56,858 nucleotides of DNA from Hyphomicrobiales bacterium (GCA_025362655.1 JANYFM010000002.1:1-56858), one strand, 5' to 3'. Shown: positions 18,774 to 28,680, counted from the first letter of the stretch. Notes: generated from the letters alone by a model not told the origin. Numbers and translations are program-made.

Positions 18774-19550
18774 TGCCGAAACAATGCGTTAGAAACCGCA
18801 ACCAAAAAAAAAGCGCGCATGCCGGGGTTTTGGCTGAAACGGCAGCGCTGCCGTGGACAAAACCGCTTGCGCGGGTGAACCGCTTCCCGCAAATTGGCTT
18901 CACTGAACCACGGGACGAAACCACTCACACAGGCGCTTCGCGATTTACCGCAGTGACTTATTTTTGCAGCGGGGACACGTCTATGTTCGCGGCAGAGACT
19001 GAACTCAAGAAACTGAACTCAACGGCGCCCATTTTGAACCAGCGCAATTCCTTCGCCAGTCGAAAAACACTTGGGCTCCCGCGCGGCATCCGCAACGCGG
19101 CGGGCAATCCGGACGGCGAAATGGAAAAGCGAAGTTTGACCTACGATTTTTTTCTCACGCGTTAATTTGCATCCGGGCCTGATCCCGACTGGAAATCTTG
19201 ATCACTCAAATAAGGCGCTTATGGGCAGCGCGCGGGGGTACTATGTCTGAAGCTATTTTTTCAAGGGCAAACTCTGCCGGCTGGCCGCGGCGCCGTCAAA
19301 GGCCGCGTATCGAATTGCCGCCGCGCCAGGCGCGCGGCGCGAAGACAAACCGCTATCGAGCCGGCTGACGCCCGCGCCGCAGCGGCGCAGGCCCTGTCCA
19401 AAATTATTAGAGACCTTCGAACCGCGGCCCGGCAAGGCCAGCGCTTTCTTTGCCGCGCCGCCGCTGTTTCCCGCACTCTTGCCATTGGCTCATCCCATGC
19501 TCAGCGCCGCCGTCCAATTCAAAATGCCCTCAACCGGTGGAACCCTTGCC

Positions 19551-21032
19551 ATGTCTGAAAGCGCGGAACGCGAAGTTTTGTGGGAACGGGTCCGGCGCCG
19601 CCTGAAGGCGGAGGTCGGCGAGGCTATTTTCGGCGCCTGGTTTGGACGGCTGGAGCTTGACCGCGTCGAGGGGGGCATTGCGAATTTGTCAGTGCCGACG
19701 AAGTTCCTGAAGAGCTGGATTCAATCGCATTATAATGACCGCATATTCGCGGCGCTCCAATCGGAAATCGCCGCTGTCGCCTCGCTGTCGATCAGCGTGC
19801 GCAACTCGTCGCGGGCTTTCGCGCGCCCCGCCGATGCGGCCGATGCCGCGCCGGCGCGGAACGGTTTCAACGAGGCGCCGCCCGCCTCCTTCAGCTTCCG
19901 CCGCGATGGCGATGCCGCGCCGGACGCATCGCTCAACGGCGGGAGCGCGCAGCCTCCGCGGCCCGGCGTTGTTCACGACGGCGACGGCATGGCTGGCTCG
20001 CCGCTGGAGCGGCGGCTGACTTTCTCCAGCTTTCTTGTCGGCCGCTCCAACCAGTTGGCGCATGCGGCGGCGCAGCGCGTCGCCTCCGCCCCGATCGGCG
20101 AGACGCCGCTGTACAATCCGCTGTTCATTCATGCGGCGGTCGGGCTCGGCAAAACCCATTTGCTGCATTCCATCGCTCACGCCTCGGCGGAGGCCGGCCG
20201 GCGCGTCATTTATCTGACAGCCGAGAAATTCATGTACCGCTTTGTTTTCGCGCTGAAGGCGCAGACGGCGATCGCGTTCAAGGAGCGGCTGCGCGGCATC
20301 GACACGCTGGTCATTGACGATGTGCAGTTCCTCCAGGGAAAATCCATCCAGAATGAATTCTGCCACACGCTGAACGCGCTGATCGATTCAGGCCGGCAGA
20401 TCATCGTCGCCGCCGACCGCCCGCCGGGCGATCTGGAAAGCCTCGATGAGCGCGTGCGATCGCGCCTTTCAGGCGGGCTTTGTGTCGAAATGACATCGCT
20501 CGACGAGCCGCTGCGCCTCAAAATTCTGGAGACGCGGATTGCCGCCGCGCGCGCCGCGCAGCCGGGCTTTGAAGTCGCCCCGGCGATTGTCGCCTATGTG
20601 GCGCGGGCGATTGAAACCAACGGCCGGGACCTCGACGGCGCGGTGAGCCGCCTGCTGGCGCGCGCGACGCTGACCGGCGCCACGCTGACGGTGGAAATGG
20701 CGGAGGACGCCATCCGCGATCTCGTGAGAACGCGCGAGCCCAAACGCGTCAAGATCGAGGACATTCAGAAACTCGTCGCCAGCCACTATAATGTCAGCCG
20801 CGCGGATATTTTGTCATCGCGCCGCACGGCGACCGTGGTGCGCCCGCGCCAGATCGCCATGTATTTGTCGAAGGTGCTGACCCTGCGCTCGCTGCCGGAG
20901 ATCGGCCGCCGTTTCGGCGGGCGCGATCACACAACGGTTTTGCACGCCGTGCGCAAGATCGAGGGCCTGTCGCGCACGGACACGCCGCTCTCGGAGGAGC
21001 TGGAGCTGCTGAAGCGGATGCTTCAGGAATAA
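19551..21032 (+). CDS. dnaA: Chromosomal replication initiator DnaA
   Basis: YNPLFI, GLGKTHL Walker [27 protein letters not shown]; start 19551 chosen on RBS and domain I. Confidence 0.98.
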   Translation: MSESAEREVLWERVRRRLKAEVGEAIFGAWFGRLELDRVEGGIANLSVPTKFLKSWIQSHYNDRIFAALQSEIAAVASLSISVRNSSRAFARPADAADAAPARNGFNEAPPASFSFRRDGDAAPDASLNGGSAQPPRPGVVHDGDGMAGSPLERRLTFSSFLVGRSNQLAHAAAQRVASAPIGETPLYNPLFIHAAVGLGKTHLLHSIAHASAEAGRRVIYLTAEKFMYRFVFALKAQTAIAFKERLRGIDTLVIDDVQFLQGKSIQNEFCHTLNALIDSGRQIIVAADRPPGDLESLDERVRSRLSGGLCVEMTSLDEPLRLKILETRIAAARAAQPGFEVAPAIVAYVARAIETNGRDLDGAVSRLLARATLTGATLTVEMAEDAIRDLVRTREPKRVKIEDIQKLVASHYNVSRADILSSRRTATVVRPRQIAMYLSKVLTLRSLPEIGRRFGGRDHTTVLHAVRKIEGLSRTDTPLSEELELLKRMLQE

Positions 21033-21146
21033 GCGGGAGGAACAGGCGCGGGGACCGGGCGCAAAAAGCGCTGGCTTCGGAAGCCCGGATGTTCTTTAGT
21101 GCCGCCCGGGCGGGAGCCGTCCCACAGGCAGCAGAGAGGAATTTCC

Positions 21147-21812
21147 ATGGGCGAGAGCATCACCTTGACCGCGAGCGACGGCGTAAGCATAGGCGCTTAC
21201 AAGGCGCAACCCTCCGGCAAACCGAAGGGCGGCATTGTCGTCATCCAGGAAATTTTCGGCGTCAATCACCATATCCGCGCCGTGGCGGACCTTTACGCGG
21301 CGCAGGGCTATCTGGCCGTCGCCCCGGCGCTCTATGACCGCGTCGAGCCCAACTTTGAATGCGGCTACGCGCCGGCGGACATTCAGACGGGAGCCGCCAT
21401 CCGCGGCAAAACCGATCATGCCAAGGTCCTGCTGGACCTCGCGGCGGCGGTGAAAGAGGCCGCCAAGGGCGGCAAGGTCGGCGTGGTCGGCTATTGCTGG
21501 GGCGGCACGCTGACCTTCGCGGCGGCCTGCCACATTCCCGGCATCGCGGCGGGCAGCGGTTATTACGGCGGCGGCGTGGTGAACATGGCGGGCGATGCGC
21601 CCAAAGCGCCGGTCATTATGCATTTTGGCGAGACCGATCATTCGATCCCCATGACCGACGTGGAAAAATTCAAAGCGCTGCGGCCGGAGGTTCCGGTGTA
21701 TGTCTATCCCTCCGGCCATGGATTTAATTGCGACGAGCGCGGGGCGTACCATAAGGAATCCGCTGATCTCGCGCGGTCGCGCACGCTGGAATTTTTCGCC
21801 AAACATCTGTGA
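21147..21812 (+). CDS. Dienelactone hydrolase family protein
   Basis: QEIFGVN, GYCWGG, HGFNCD. Confidence 0.93.
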   Translation: MGESITLTASDGVSIGAYKAQPSGKPKGGIVVIQEIFGVNHHIRAVADLYAAQGYLAVAPALYDRVEPNFECGYAPADIQTGAAIRGKTDHAKVLLDLAAAVKEAAKGGKVGVVGYCWGGTLTFAAACHIPGIAAGSGYYGGGVVNMAGDAPKAPVIMHFGETDHSIPMTDVEKFKALRPEVPVYVYPSGHGFNCDERGAYHKESADLARSRTLEFFAKHL

Positions 21813-21824
21813 GGGCGGGCCGGC

Positions 21825-22715
21825 ATGATCGTCGAAAACGAAAAGCAACTGACACAGTTCGCGCTCGACGTGATGGGGCGCACGCCCGACCCGCGGCTGC
21901 GGGAGATCATGACGTCGCTCGTCACGCATCTGCATGGTTTCATCCGAGACACGCGGCTGAGCGAGCGGGAGTTCCAGGACGCCTGCGCGATCATCGCGGA
22001 GATGGGCCAGCGCTCGAATGACACGCATAACGAGGTGGTGCTGATGGCGGGATCGCTGGGCGTCTCCTCGCTGGTGTGCCTGCTGAACAACGGCGATCAC
22101 GGCAACACCGAGACAAACCAGAATCTGCTCGGACCGTTCTGGCGGCTGCATTCGCCGCGCACGGAAAACGGCGGCAGCATTCTGCGCTGCCCGACGCCGG
22201 GCGTGCCGATGTTCGTTAAAGCGCGTTTCACGGATACGTCCGACAGGCCGGTCGCCGGCGCGGAGGTCGATGTCTGGCAATCCAATGACGAGGGCTTCTA
22301 CGAAAACCAGGATGAGAAACAGGCGGACATGAATCTGCGCGGCAAATTCACCAGCGACGCGGACGGCATGGTATATTTCCGCAGCATCAAGCCGCTCGGC
22401 TATCCGATTCCGACGGAGGGGCCGGTCGGCCGTCTGCTGCGGGCGCAGGAGCGGCATCCCTTCCGTCCGGCGCATCTGCATTTTCTCGCGGCCAAGCCGG
22501 GGCATAAAACGCTGATTTCGCAAATTTACGCCAGCGATGACCCGCGCATCGAGACCGACGCGCAATTCGGCGTGACACGGGCGCTGGTCGCCGATTACGT
22601 CAATCACAAAGACGGGGCGCCGGCGGCGGATATCAAGGGCGAATGGGCATCGCTCGACTACGCTTTCAAAATGGAGGCGGGGGAATCCCGGCTGCCGCGC
22701 CCGCCGATCAAGTGA
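21825..22715 (+). CDS. Intradiol ring-cleavage dioxygenase (catechol/hydroxyquinol 1,2-dioxygenase type)
   Basis: N-terminal dimerisation region (DPRLREIM), LGPF, DVWQ..GFYENQD, GYPIP, RPAHLH Fe ligands. Confidence 0.92.
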   Translation: MIVENEKQLTQFALDVMGRTPDPRLREIMTSLVTHLHGFIRDTRLSEREFQDACAIIAEMGQRSNDTHNEVVLMAGSLGVSSLVCLLNNGDHGNTETNQNLLGPFWRLHSPRTENGGSILRCPTPGVPMFVKARFTDTSDRPVAGAEVDVWQSNDEGFYENQDEKQADMNLRGKFTSDADGMVYFRSIKPLGYPIPTEGPVGRLLRAQERHPFRPAHLHFLAAKPGHKTLISQIYASDDPRIETDAQFGVTRALVADYVNHKDGAPAADIKGEWASLDYAFKMEAGESRLPRPPIK

Positions 22716-23728
22716 GCGGCCTCTCCCTCTCCGTGCTCGACCAATCGCCGGCGCTATCGGGCGCGAGCCAGGCGCTGGCCATCGGCGAAACCATCGAAAT
22801 GGCAAGGTTTTGCGAGGCGCTGGGGTACAAGCGCTTCTGGGTCAGCGAGCATCATGGCTCGCAGACCATCGTTGGATCGGCGCCGGAGATACTCGTTGGC
22901 GCCATTGCCGCGCAAACCACGCTCATCCGCGTGGGAACGGCGGGCATCATGCTGCCGCATTACGCGCCGCTGAAAATCGCCGAGCAGTTTCGCGTGCTGG
23001 AGGCGATCGCGCCTGGGCGGATTGATTTGGGCCTCGGGCGCGCGCCGGGCGGCGATGGCTTCACATCCTTCGCGCTCAATCCCGGCGGGGACCGGGCGGT
23101 GGAGCGTTTTCCCGCCGATGTTCGCGACATCGTGGCTTGGACCTCGGACGCGCCGCTGCCGCCAGGGCATCCGCTGGCTTCCGTAAAAGTCACGCCGCAA
23201 ACGCCGGGCGCGCCGGAAGTGTTTGTTCTGGGCTCTTCGGATTATGGCGCGCAGGTGGCCGCCTATCTCGGGCTGCCCTTTTGTTTCGCCGCGTTCATCA
23301 GCGAGCGCGGCACCGGACCGGCGCTGGATATATACCGAAGCGGGTACCGGCCCAGCGCCCGGCATCCTGAGCCGCTGGCGATGGCCTGCGTTTTCGCGCT
23401 GGCGGCGGATACGCGGGCGGAGGCGCTGAGGATTTTCGCGACCCGCGCGCGGGCCCGGCTCAACCGCGATCTTGGGGTGCGCACGGCCCTGCTGTCGCCT
23501 GATGACGCCATGGCCGGGGCCAGCGCCGCAGAGCGGGCCCGGGCCGAGAGGCTGGCGGACGAAGCGTTTTTGGGCGATGGGCCTGAATGCGCGGACAAGC
23601 TCCGGGCGTTTGCGCGCGAACATGGCGTGGCGGAACTGGCGATTCTCACACACACTTACGATATCGCGGACCGCAAACGCTCGTTCGCCCTGTTGGCCGG
23701 GGAGTTTGGCTTGGCCGGCGCGAAGTGA
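22712..23728 (+). CDS. LLM-class flavin-dependent oxidoreductase (luciferase-like)
   Basis: SVLDQS, WVSEHH, MLPHY, GRIDLGLGRAPG; GTGA overlap. Confidence 0.92.
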   Translation: MSGLSLSVLDQSPALSGASQALAIGETIEMARFCEALGYKRFWVSEHHGSQTIVGSAPEILVGAIAAQTTLIRVGTAGIMLPHYAPLKIAEQFRVLEAIAPGRIDLGLGRAPGGDGFTSFALNPGGDRAVERFPADVRDIVAWTSDAPLPPGHPLASVKVTPQTPGAPEVFVLGSSDYGAQVAAYLGLPFCFAAFISERGTGPALDIYRSGYRPSARHPEPLAMACVFALAADTRAEALRIFATRARARLNRDLGVRTALLSPDDAMAGASAAERARAERLADEAFLGDGPECADKLRAFAREHGVAELAILTHTYDIADRKRSFALLAGEFGLAGAK

Positions 23729-23782
23729 CAGCGCCGCGCGGCAATTGCCCGCCGCCGCCGGATCGGTTACACGTTCGCGCAG

Positions 23783-23859
23783 GCGCCCGTAGCTCAGCTG
23801 GATAGAGCGTTGCCCTCCGAAGGCAAAGGTCAGGGGTTCGAATCCCTTCGGGCGCGCCA
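23783..23859 (+). tRNA. tRNA-Arg (anticodon CCG)
   Basis: GCGCCCG/CGGGCGC acceptor stem, AGCTCAGCTGGATAGAGC D-arm, TTGCC-ctCCGaa-GGCAA anticodon arm, GGTTCGAATC, encoded CCA. Confidence 0.97.
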
Positions 23860-23896
23860 CCCCGTCCCGCAATGCGGCAAGGGCTGACGGGACCGC

Positions 23897-24811
23897 ATGA
23901 CCGGCGCTGAATTCGATCATCTTTATGGCGAGGCGGAACCGGAGCTTGTCGCGGCTAGCGCCGGCGCGCGCCAATATTCGCCGCTGTTCCCGGGCTCGCC
24001 GGACCTTGCCAAGGCGCCGCCAGGCTCGCTGAACGGGCTGGCCATGCTGGCGCCGCCGGGCACGCTGGAGCGGCGGTTTGCCATCGCAGAGGCGCTGCGG
24101 GCTCTGGCGCCGGGCGCGAAACTTATGGCGCTAGCGCCCAAGGATAAGGGCGGATCGCGCCTCGCCGGGGATTTGCGGGCGCTGGGCTGCGTTTTTGAGG
24201 AGACCGCGCGGCGCCACCACCGCATCTGCGTCACGCAGGGGCGAGGCGATTCCGGCGCCGTTGCGGCGGCCATCGAAGCGGGCGCGGCGCGATTTATTGT
24301 GAGCACGGGCCTGTGGTCGCAGCCGGGCGTCTTCAGCTGGAACCGCATCGACCCGGGCAGCGCGCTGCTGACAGCGCATTTGCCCGCCCTGAAAGGCGCC
24401 GGGGCGGATTTGGGCTGCGGCATCGGCGCGCTGTCGCTGCGGGTGCTGGCCTCGCCCGCGGTGTCGCGGCTGACCATGATCGACATTGACCGGCGGGCGA
24501 TTGAAATGGCGGGGCGGAATGTCAGCGATCCGAGGGCGGTGATGCTTTGGGCTGACGCGCGGGCGGCCGGCTCCCTCAAAGGGCTGGATTTTGTGGTGAT
24601 GAACCCGCCGTTTCACGAGGGCGGCATCGAAAATCAGGCCCTGGGGCGGGGGTTCATCGGCTGCGCGGCGGGCGCGCTGCGCAGCGGCGGGGTCTGCTGG
24701 CTGACAGCCAACCGCCATCTGCCTTATGAAGCTGTGCTGAAGCCGCTGTTTAAGCGCGTCAATCTCATCGCGGAAGACGGCGGCTACAAGATTTACGAGG
24801 CCCGGAAATGA
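23897..24811 (+). CDS. RsmC-like class I SAM-dependent rRNA methyltransferase
   Basis: PGVFSW..IDPGS, DLGCGIG, MNPPFH, ANRHLPYE. Confidence 0.85.
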   Translation: MTGAEFDHLYGEAEPELVAASAGARQYSPLFPGSPDLAKAPPGSLNGLAMLAPPGTLERRFAIAEALRALAPGAKLMALAPKDKGGSRLAGDLRALGCVFEETARRHHRICVTQGRGDSGAVAAAIEAGAARFIVSTGLWSQPGVFSWNRIDPGSALLTAHLPALKGAGADLGCGIGALSLRVLASPAVSRLTMIDIDRRAIEMAGRNVSDPRAVMLWADARAAGSLKGLDFVVMNPPFHEGGIENQALGRGFIGCAAGALRSGGVCWLTANRHLPYEAVLKPLFKRVNLIAEDGGYKIYEARK

Positions 24812-25575
24812 GCGGCGCGCCTTTGCTTCGGCTGGATCGGCTGCTCGCCAATCTCGGCTATGGATCGCGGCGCGAAATTCAGGAGATGGCGCGGCAGGGG
24901 CGTATCACGCTCGCCGGCGAAGCATTGCGCGATGTTGAACAGCGGGTGGCGCTGACCGCTGATTTGAGCGCGCGGCTGAGCATCGACGGCGAGGCGGCGG
25001 ATCCGCTGCCCGGCCTCGTGCTGATGATGAACAAGCCGGCCGGCGCAACCTGCTCTCACAAAGAAGCTGGACCGCTGGTGTATGATCTGCTGCCCGGGCG
25101 CTGGCGGCGGCGCGAGCCCGCCATATCCAGCATCGGGCGCCTCGACAAAGAGACGTCGGGCCTGCTGCTGCTGACCGATGACGGCGCGTTTCTGCATCGG
25201 ATCATTTCGCCGCGCGCGCATATTCCCAAGCGTTATCTGGCGGAGTTGGAGCTTCCCCTGCGGGGCAATGAGGCCGCGGTTTTCGCCTCCGGGCAATTGC
25301 GGCTGGCCGGCGAGGCAAAGCCGCTGCTTCCGGCCGAACTGGAAGTAATTTCGCCGCACAAGGCCGCTGTGACGCTTTACGAGGGGCGCTATCATCAGGC
25401 CAGGCGCATGTTCGCGGCGGCGGGCAACCGCGTGCTGGCGCTGCATCGAACCTCTGTCGGCGGGCTGAGCCTGCCCGACAGTCTTGAGGCCGGCGGTTTT
25501 GCGCTGCTGGACACGGCGCAGCGAGCGTCCGTTCTGTCGGGCCCGGCCCCGCTGGCGCTTGAGCCGCGCATCTAA
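24808..25575 (+). CDS. rsuA: RsuA-family rRNA pseudouridine synthase
   Basis: S4-like RLDRLLA, GRLDKETSGLLLLT, EGRYHQ. Confidence 0.88.
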   Translation: MSGAPLLRLDRLLANLGYGSRREIQEMARQGRITLAGEALRDVEQRVALTADLSARLSIDGEAADPLPGLVLMMNKPAGATCSHKEAGPLVYDLLPGRWRRREPAISSIGRLDKETSGLLLLTDDGAFLHRIISPRAHIPKRYLAELELPLRGNEAAVFASGQLRLAGEAKPLLPAELEVISPHKAAVTLYEGRYHQARRMFAAAGNRVLALHRTSVGGLSLPDSLEAGGFALLDTAQRASVLSGPAPLALEPRI

Positions 25576-25626
25576 TATCGTGCACGGGGAAACGTCGGAA
25601 AATCCGCGCTCCAGGGAGGAACGTGC

Positions 25627-26610
25627 ATGCTCAACCGCAGGCAATTTGTGCGCGCAGCCGCGGCAACCTCGGCGCTCACGCCGGTGCTTTCAACGGATGC
25701 GTCCGCGCAAGCCTATCCCGATCACGAAATTCATTCGATCGGCATGTTCCCGGCCGGGTCCGGCGCGGATGTCATGGTCCGCTATTTCTCCAACAAGCTT
25801 GCCGAGATGACCGGCAAGACAGTTGTCGTCGAGAACAAGGCGGGCGCCTTCGGCAATATCGCGACATCCTATGTGGCCCGCTCAAAGCCGGATGGCTACA
25901 CGCTCTACATCGCGCCGGGAAGCTCGGTGCTGGCCGCCGCGCCGTCGCTGTTCAAGTCGCTCAACTATGATCCGATCAATGATTTTGAGCATATCACGAC
26001 GCTTGTCAAAGTGACGTTCATTCAGATCGTTGCCGGCAACAGCCCGTATAAAACCGCGGCGGACCTGTCGAAATTTCTCAAGGAGAAGGGCGACACAGCG
26101 TCTTATGGCTCTGTCGCCAACACGGGTCTTGTGGCGAGCGAGCTGTACAAACAGTCGGCGGGGCTAAAGACGGTCGAGGTGAAATACAAAGAGGTGCAGG
26201 CGATGCTCGTCGATCTGCTGGCGGGCGCCATCGCCTTCTGCCACATCGACGTGGCGAGTGTGCTTGGGCAGCTTCAGGACGGCGCGGTGCGCGCGGTTTC
26301 AACCTCATCAACCCAGCGCATCCGGGCGCTGCCGGATGTGCCGAGCGCGCTCGAAGCGGGGATCCCCAATCTGGACCTCGTCGCGTGGTGGTCCGTGCAT
26401 GTGCCCAAGGGCACGCCAAAAGCCATCACGGATCAGCTTGAGGTCTGGTTCAACAAAATCGCCTCGGATGAGGTCGTCGGCAAATGGGTCGTCAACATCG
26501 GCTTTGATCCCTACCCCGGCAATTCGAAACTGGTGCGGGAGCTGCTGGAGAAAGACACCAAGGCCTGGGCGGACTATGTGAAGCTCGCGAATATTCCGCC
26601 GATCGGGTAA
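25627..26610 (+). CDS. Bug/TctC tripartite tricarboxylate transporter solute-binding protein
   Basis: Tat-like NRRQF leader, FPAGSGAD, VVVENKAGA, PDGYTL, PKGTP. Confidence 0.9.
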   Translation: MLNRRQFVRAAAATSALTPVLSTDASAQAYPDHEIHSIGMFPAGSGADVMVRYFSNKLAEMTGKTVVVENKAGAFGNIATSYVARSKPDGYTLYIAPGSSVLAAAPSLFKSLNYDPINDFEHITTLVKVTFIQIVAGNSPYKTAADLSKFLKEKGDTASYGSVANTGLVASELYKQSAGLKTVEVKYKEVQAMLVDLLAGAIAFCHIDVASVLGQLQDGAVRAVSTSSTQRIRALPDVPSALEAGIPNLDLVAWWSVHVPKGTPKAITDQLEVWFNKIASDEVVGKWVVNIGFDPYPGNSKLVRELLEKDTKAWADYVKLANIPPIG

Positions 26611-26648
26611 GAGCCGGCCGGAGGGCCGCCGCGGCCAGCGCTTTGCCT

Positions 26649-26664
26649 TGGCCCAAGATTTGCT
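26649..26664 (+). promoter_or_regulatory. Putative sigma54 (-24/-12) promoter
   Basis: TGGCCCA-agat-TTGCT matches TGGCACG-N4-TTGCW with exact GG-N10-GC spacing. Confidence 0.6.
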
Positions 26665-26713
26665 CGACAAGACTTGCTCGACAAGACTTGCTCAACAAGA
26701 TTTGCTCGACAAG
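26654..26713. repeat. 14-bp tandem repeat, CAAGA(T/C)TTGCTC(G/A)A x4 plus a partial copy
   Basis: Units start at 26654, 26668, 26682, 26696 and 26710. Confidence 0.93.
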
Positions 26714-26747
26714 CGCGTGCTTTGGCGCGCCACGCTCGGAGGGGTAT

Positions 26748-27860
26748 TTGACCGATCTCGACCAAGTCACTTTGCGGCGGCGCGGCGCCGGCCTGATTGG
26801 CTATGATCCCGCCAACTCCGCCGGCGGTTACACGCTGATCGCCCCGCAGACCGATGGCGGGCGCGTGACATTGATCGATATGGAGGGCGCGCCCGTCCAT
26901 GTCTGGCAAATGCCGCAGAGGCCTGGCCGCCATGCGGTGCTGCTGCCAAATGGAAATCTCGGTTACAACGGCAACCATCCGGATTCGCCCGACCTCTATC
27001 TGGCTTGGTCGATGTGGCACGGCGGCGCGTTTTCCGAGGTTACGCCGGCGGGAAAAACCGTCTGGGAATTCACTGACCTCACCCACCATCACGACGCGCA
27101 GTGGCTGGCCAACGGGAACCTGCTTTATTGCTCGCTGGAGCCGCTGCCCAAAGATTTCGCGCGGCGCGTCCTTGGCGGCAGCCCGGCGAACGATTTGGCG
27201 GACGGGACGGTCTACGGCGACGTCATCAAAGAAGTGAACCGCAAAGGCGACCTGGTATGGCAATGGAAAGCCCACGAGCATTTGCGGCCTGAGGATCACC
27301 CGATCCATCCGTTTTTCGACCGCTATCATTGGCCGATGATCAACGGTTTGTGCGCGACGGCCGGCGGGCTCGTGCTGATGAGCCTGCGCACGACATCCGG
27401 CGTCATCGGCGTCGAGCGGTCGTCGGGCGCTGTTAAGCTGCGCCTTCATCATCCGCTGGTTTCACAGCAGCATGCGCCCTCGGAGCTTGCCGGCGGCAAC
27501 ATTCTGATTTTTGACAATGGCAATTTCCGGCCCGGCGTTTCGACGCCCTATTCGCGCGTCATCGAGGTTGACCCGGCGACCGGGGAAGCCGCGTGGATCT
27601 ATGCCGATCCGCACAAGCCCGCGTTTTTCTCCTCCTACATGGGCGGCGCCGAGCGATTGGCGAACGGCAACACGCACATCACGGAATCAACCACCGGGCG
27701 GCTGTTTGAGGTGACGAGGGACGGCGCCGTTGTATGGGAATATGTGATCCCGCAATTCGCCGAATATCCGGAGGCCGCGGCGCGGCGGACCGGCGGCGGC
27801 ATGACCAACAGTGTTTTCAAAACATTCCGCTACCAGAAATCGCAGCTGCCATGGCTGTGA
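26748..27860 (+). CDS. Arylsulfotransferase (ASST)-family beta-propeller protein, no signal peptide
   Basis: HHHDA..NGN, MSLR, QQHAP..ILIFDNG, YSRVIE, ERLANGNTHITE; TTG start after GGAGG. Confidence 0.85.
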   Translation: MTDLDQVTLRRRGAGLIGYDPANSAGGYTLIAPQTDGGRVTLIDMEGAPVHVWQMPQRPGRHAVLLPNGNLGYNGNHPDSPDLYLAWSMWHGGAFSEVTPAGKTVWEFTDLTHHHDAQWLANGNLLYCSLEPLPKDFARRVLGGSPANDLADGTVYGDVIKEVNRKGDLVWQWKAHEHLRPEDHPIHPFFDRYHWPMINGLCATAGGLVLMSLRTTSGVIGVERSSGAVKLRLHHPLVSQQHAPSELAGGNILIFDNGNFRPGVSTPYSRVIEVDPATGEAAWIYADPHKPAFFSSYMGGAERLANGNTHITESTTGRLFEVTRDGAVVWEYVIPQFAEYPEAAARRTGGGMTNSVFKTFRYQKSQLPWL

Positions 27861-27879
27861 AACACGAAGGCATTTGCTG

Positions 27880-28680
27880 ATGCCGGGCCCGGCGGCCGTC
27901 TTCGCGGGTTCCCGGGATTCCTGGGTTGCGCGCGCGCTTGAGCCGCTGACCCCGCTGCTGTCGTTCGCCATGGTGCTTGCCGTCTGGTCGCTGGTCTGCC
28001 TTTCGGGAATCGTTTCCGACTCGGTGTTTCCGCCGCCCTGGCAGGCGTGGGAGGCGGCGGTGGAACTGTATCAGACCGGTGTCCTCGCATCCGATTTCGC
28101 GGCATCCATATCGCGGGCGGCGATAGGATTCGCGATTGGCGCGACGCTGGGAATCGCGACGGGGCTGCTGACCGGACGCACCGCTCTGTTCAGTCTTCTG
28201 CTGAACCCGTTTCTGCGGGTGATGCGCCCGATCCCCGCCATCGCGCTGGTTCCCGTTGCCATCGTCTGGTTCGGCATCGGCGAGGGATCCAAATATTTTT
28301 TGATTTCCTACACGGTGTTTCTGACCGTCTGGTTCAACACGCATCACGGCATGGAATATGTTCCCGACATCTACATACGCGCGTCGCGCTGCCTTGGCGC
28401 GCCGCGCTGGCGGGAGTTTTGCACCGTCACCATCCCGGCGGCGGCGCCGCATATTCTCGGCGGCATCCGGCTGGGCGTCGCGCTGGCGCTGCTCAGTCTT
28501 GTGGCGGCGGAATTGAGCGGCGCGACCTCGGGCATCGGCTACCGCCTGCAGGAGGCGCGCCAGTATATCCGCACCGACCGGATGTTCGCGCTGCTGATCG
28601 AATTGGGATTGCTGGGCGCGGGCCTTGACTGGATCGTCAATCAGATCGGCCGGCGCATCGTGCATTGGGAGCAGGCGTGA
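27880..28680 (+). CDS. ABC permease, SsuC/TauC/NitT type
   Basis: FPPP, RPIPAIAL, EAA-like loop ASRCLGA, LVAAE. Confidence 0.92.
   Translation: MPGPAAVFAGSRDSWVARALEPLTPLLSFAMVLAVWSLVCLSGIVSDSVFPPPWQAWEAAVELYQTGVLASDFAASISRAAIGFAIGATLGIATGLLTGRTALFSLLLNPFLRVMRPIPAIALVPVAIVWFGIGEGSKYFLISYTVFLTVWFNTHHGMEYVPDIYIRASRCLGAPRWREFCTVTIPAAAPHILGGIRLGVALALLSLVAAELSGATSGIGYRLQEARQYIRTDRMFALLIELGLLGAGLDWIVNQIGRRIVHWEQA

Noticed and set aside
18461-19550. oriC call
   Set aside because: No cluster of TTATCCACA-type DnaA boxes; only a two-mismatch site near 18852-18860. Needs GC-skew evidence
23783-23859. Integrative element at tRNA-Arg
   Set aside because: No integrase and no duplicated tRNA 3' end (att site) seen in the window
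26654-26713. CRISPR array
   Set aside because: 14-bp units are head-to-tail with no spacers, and there are no cas genes
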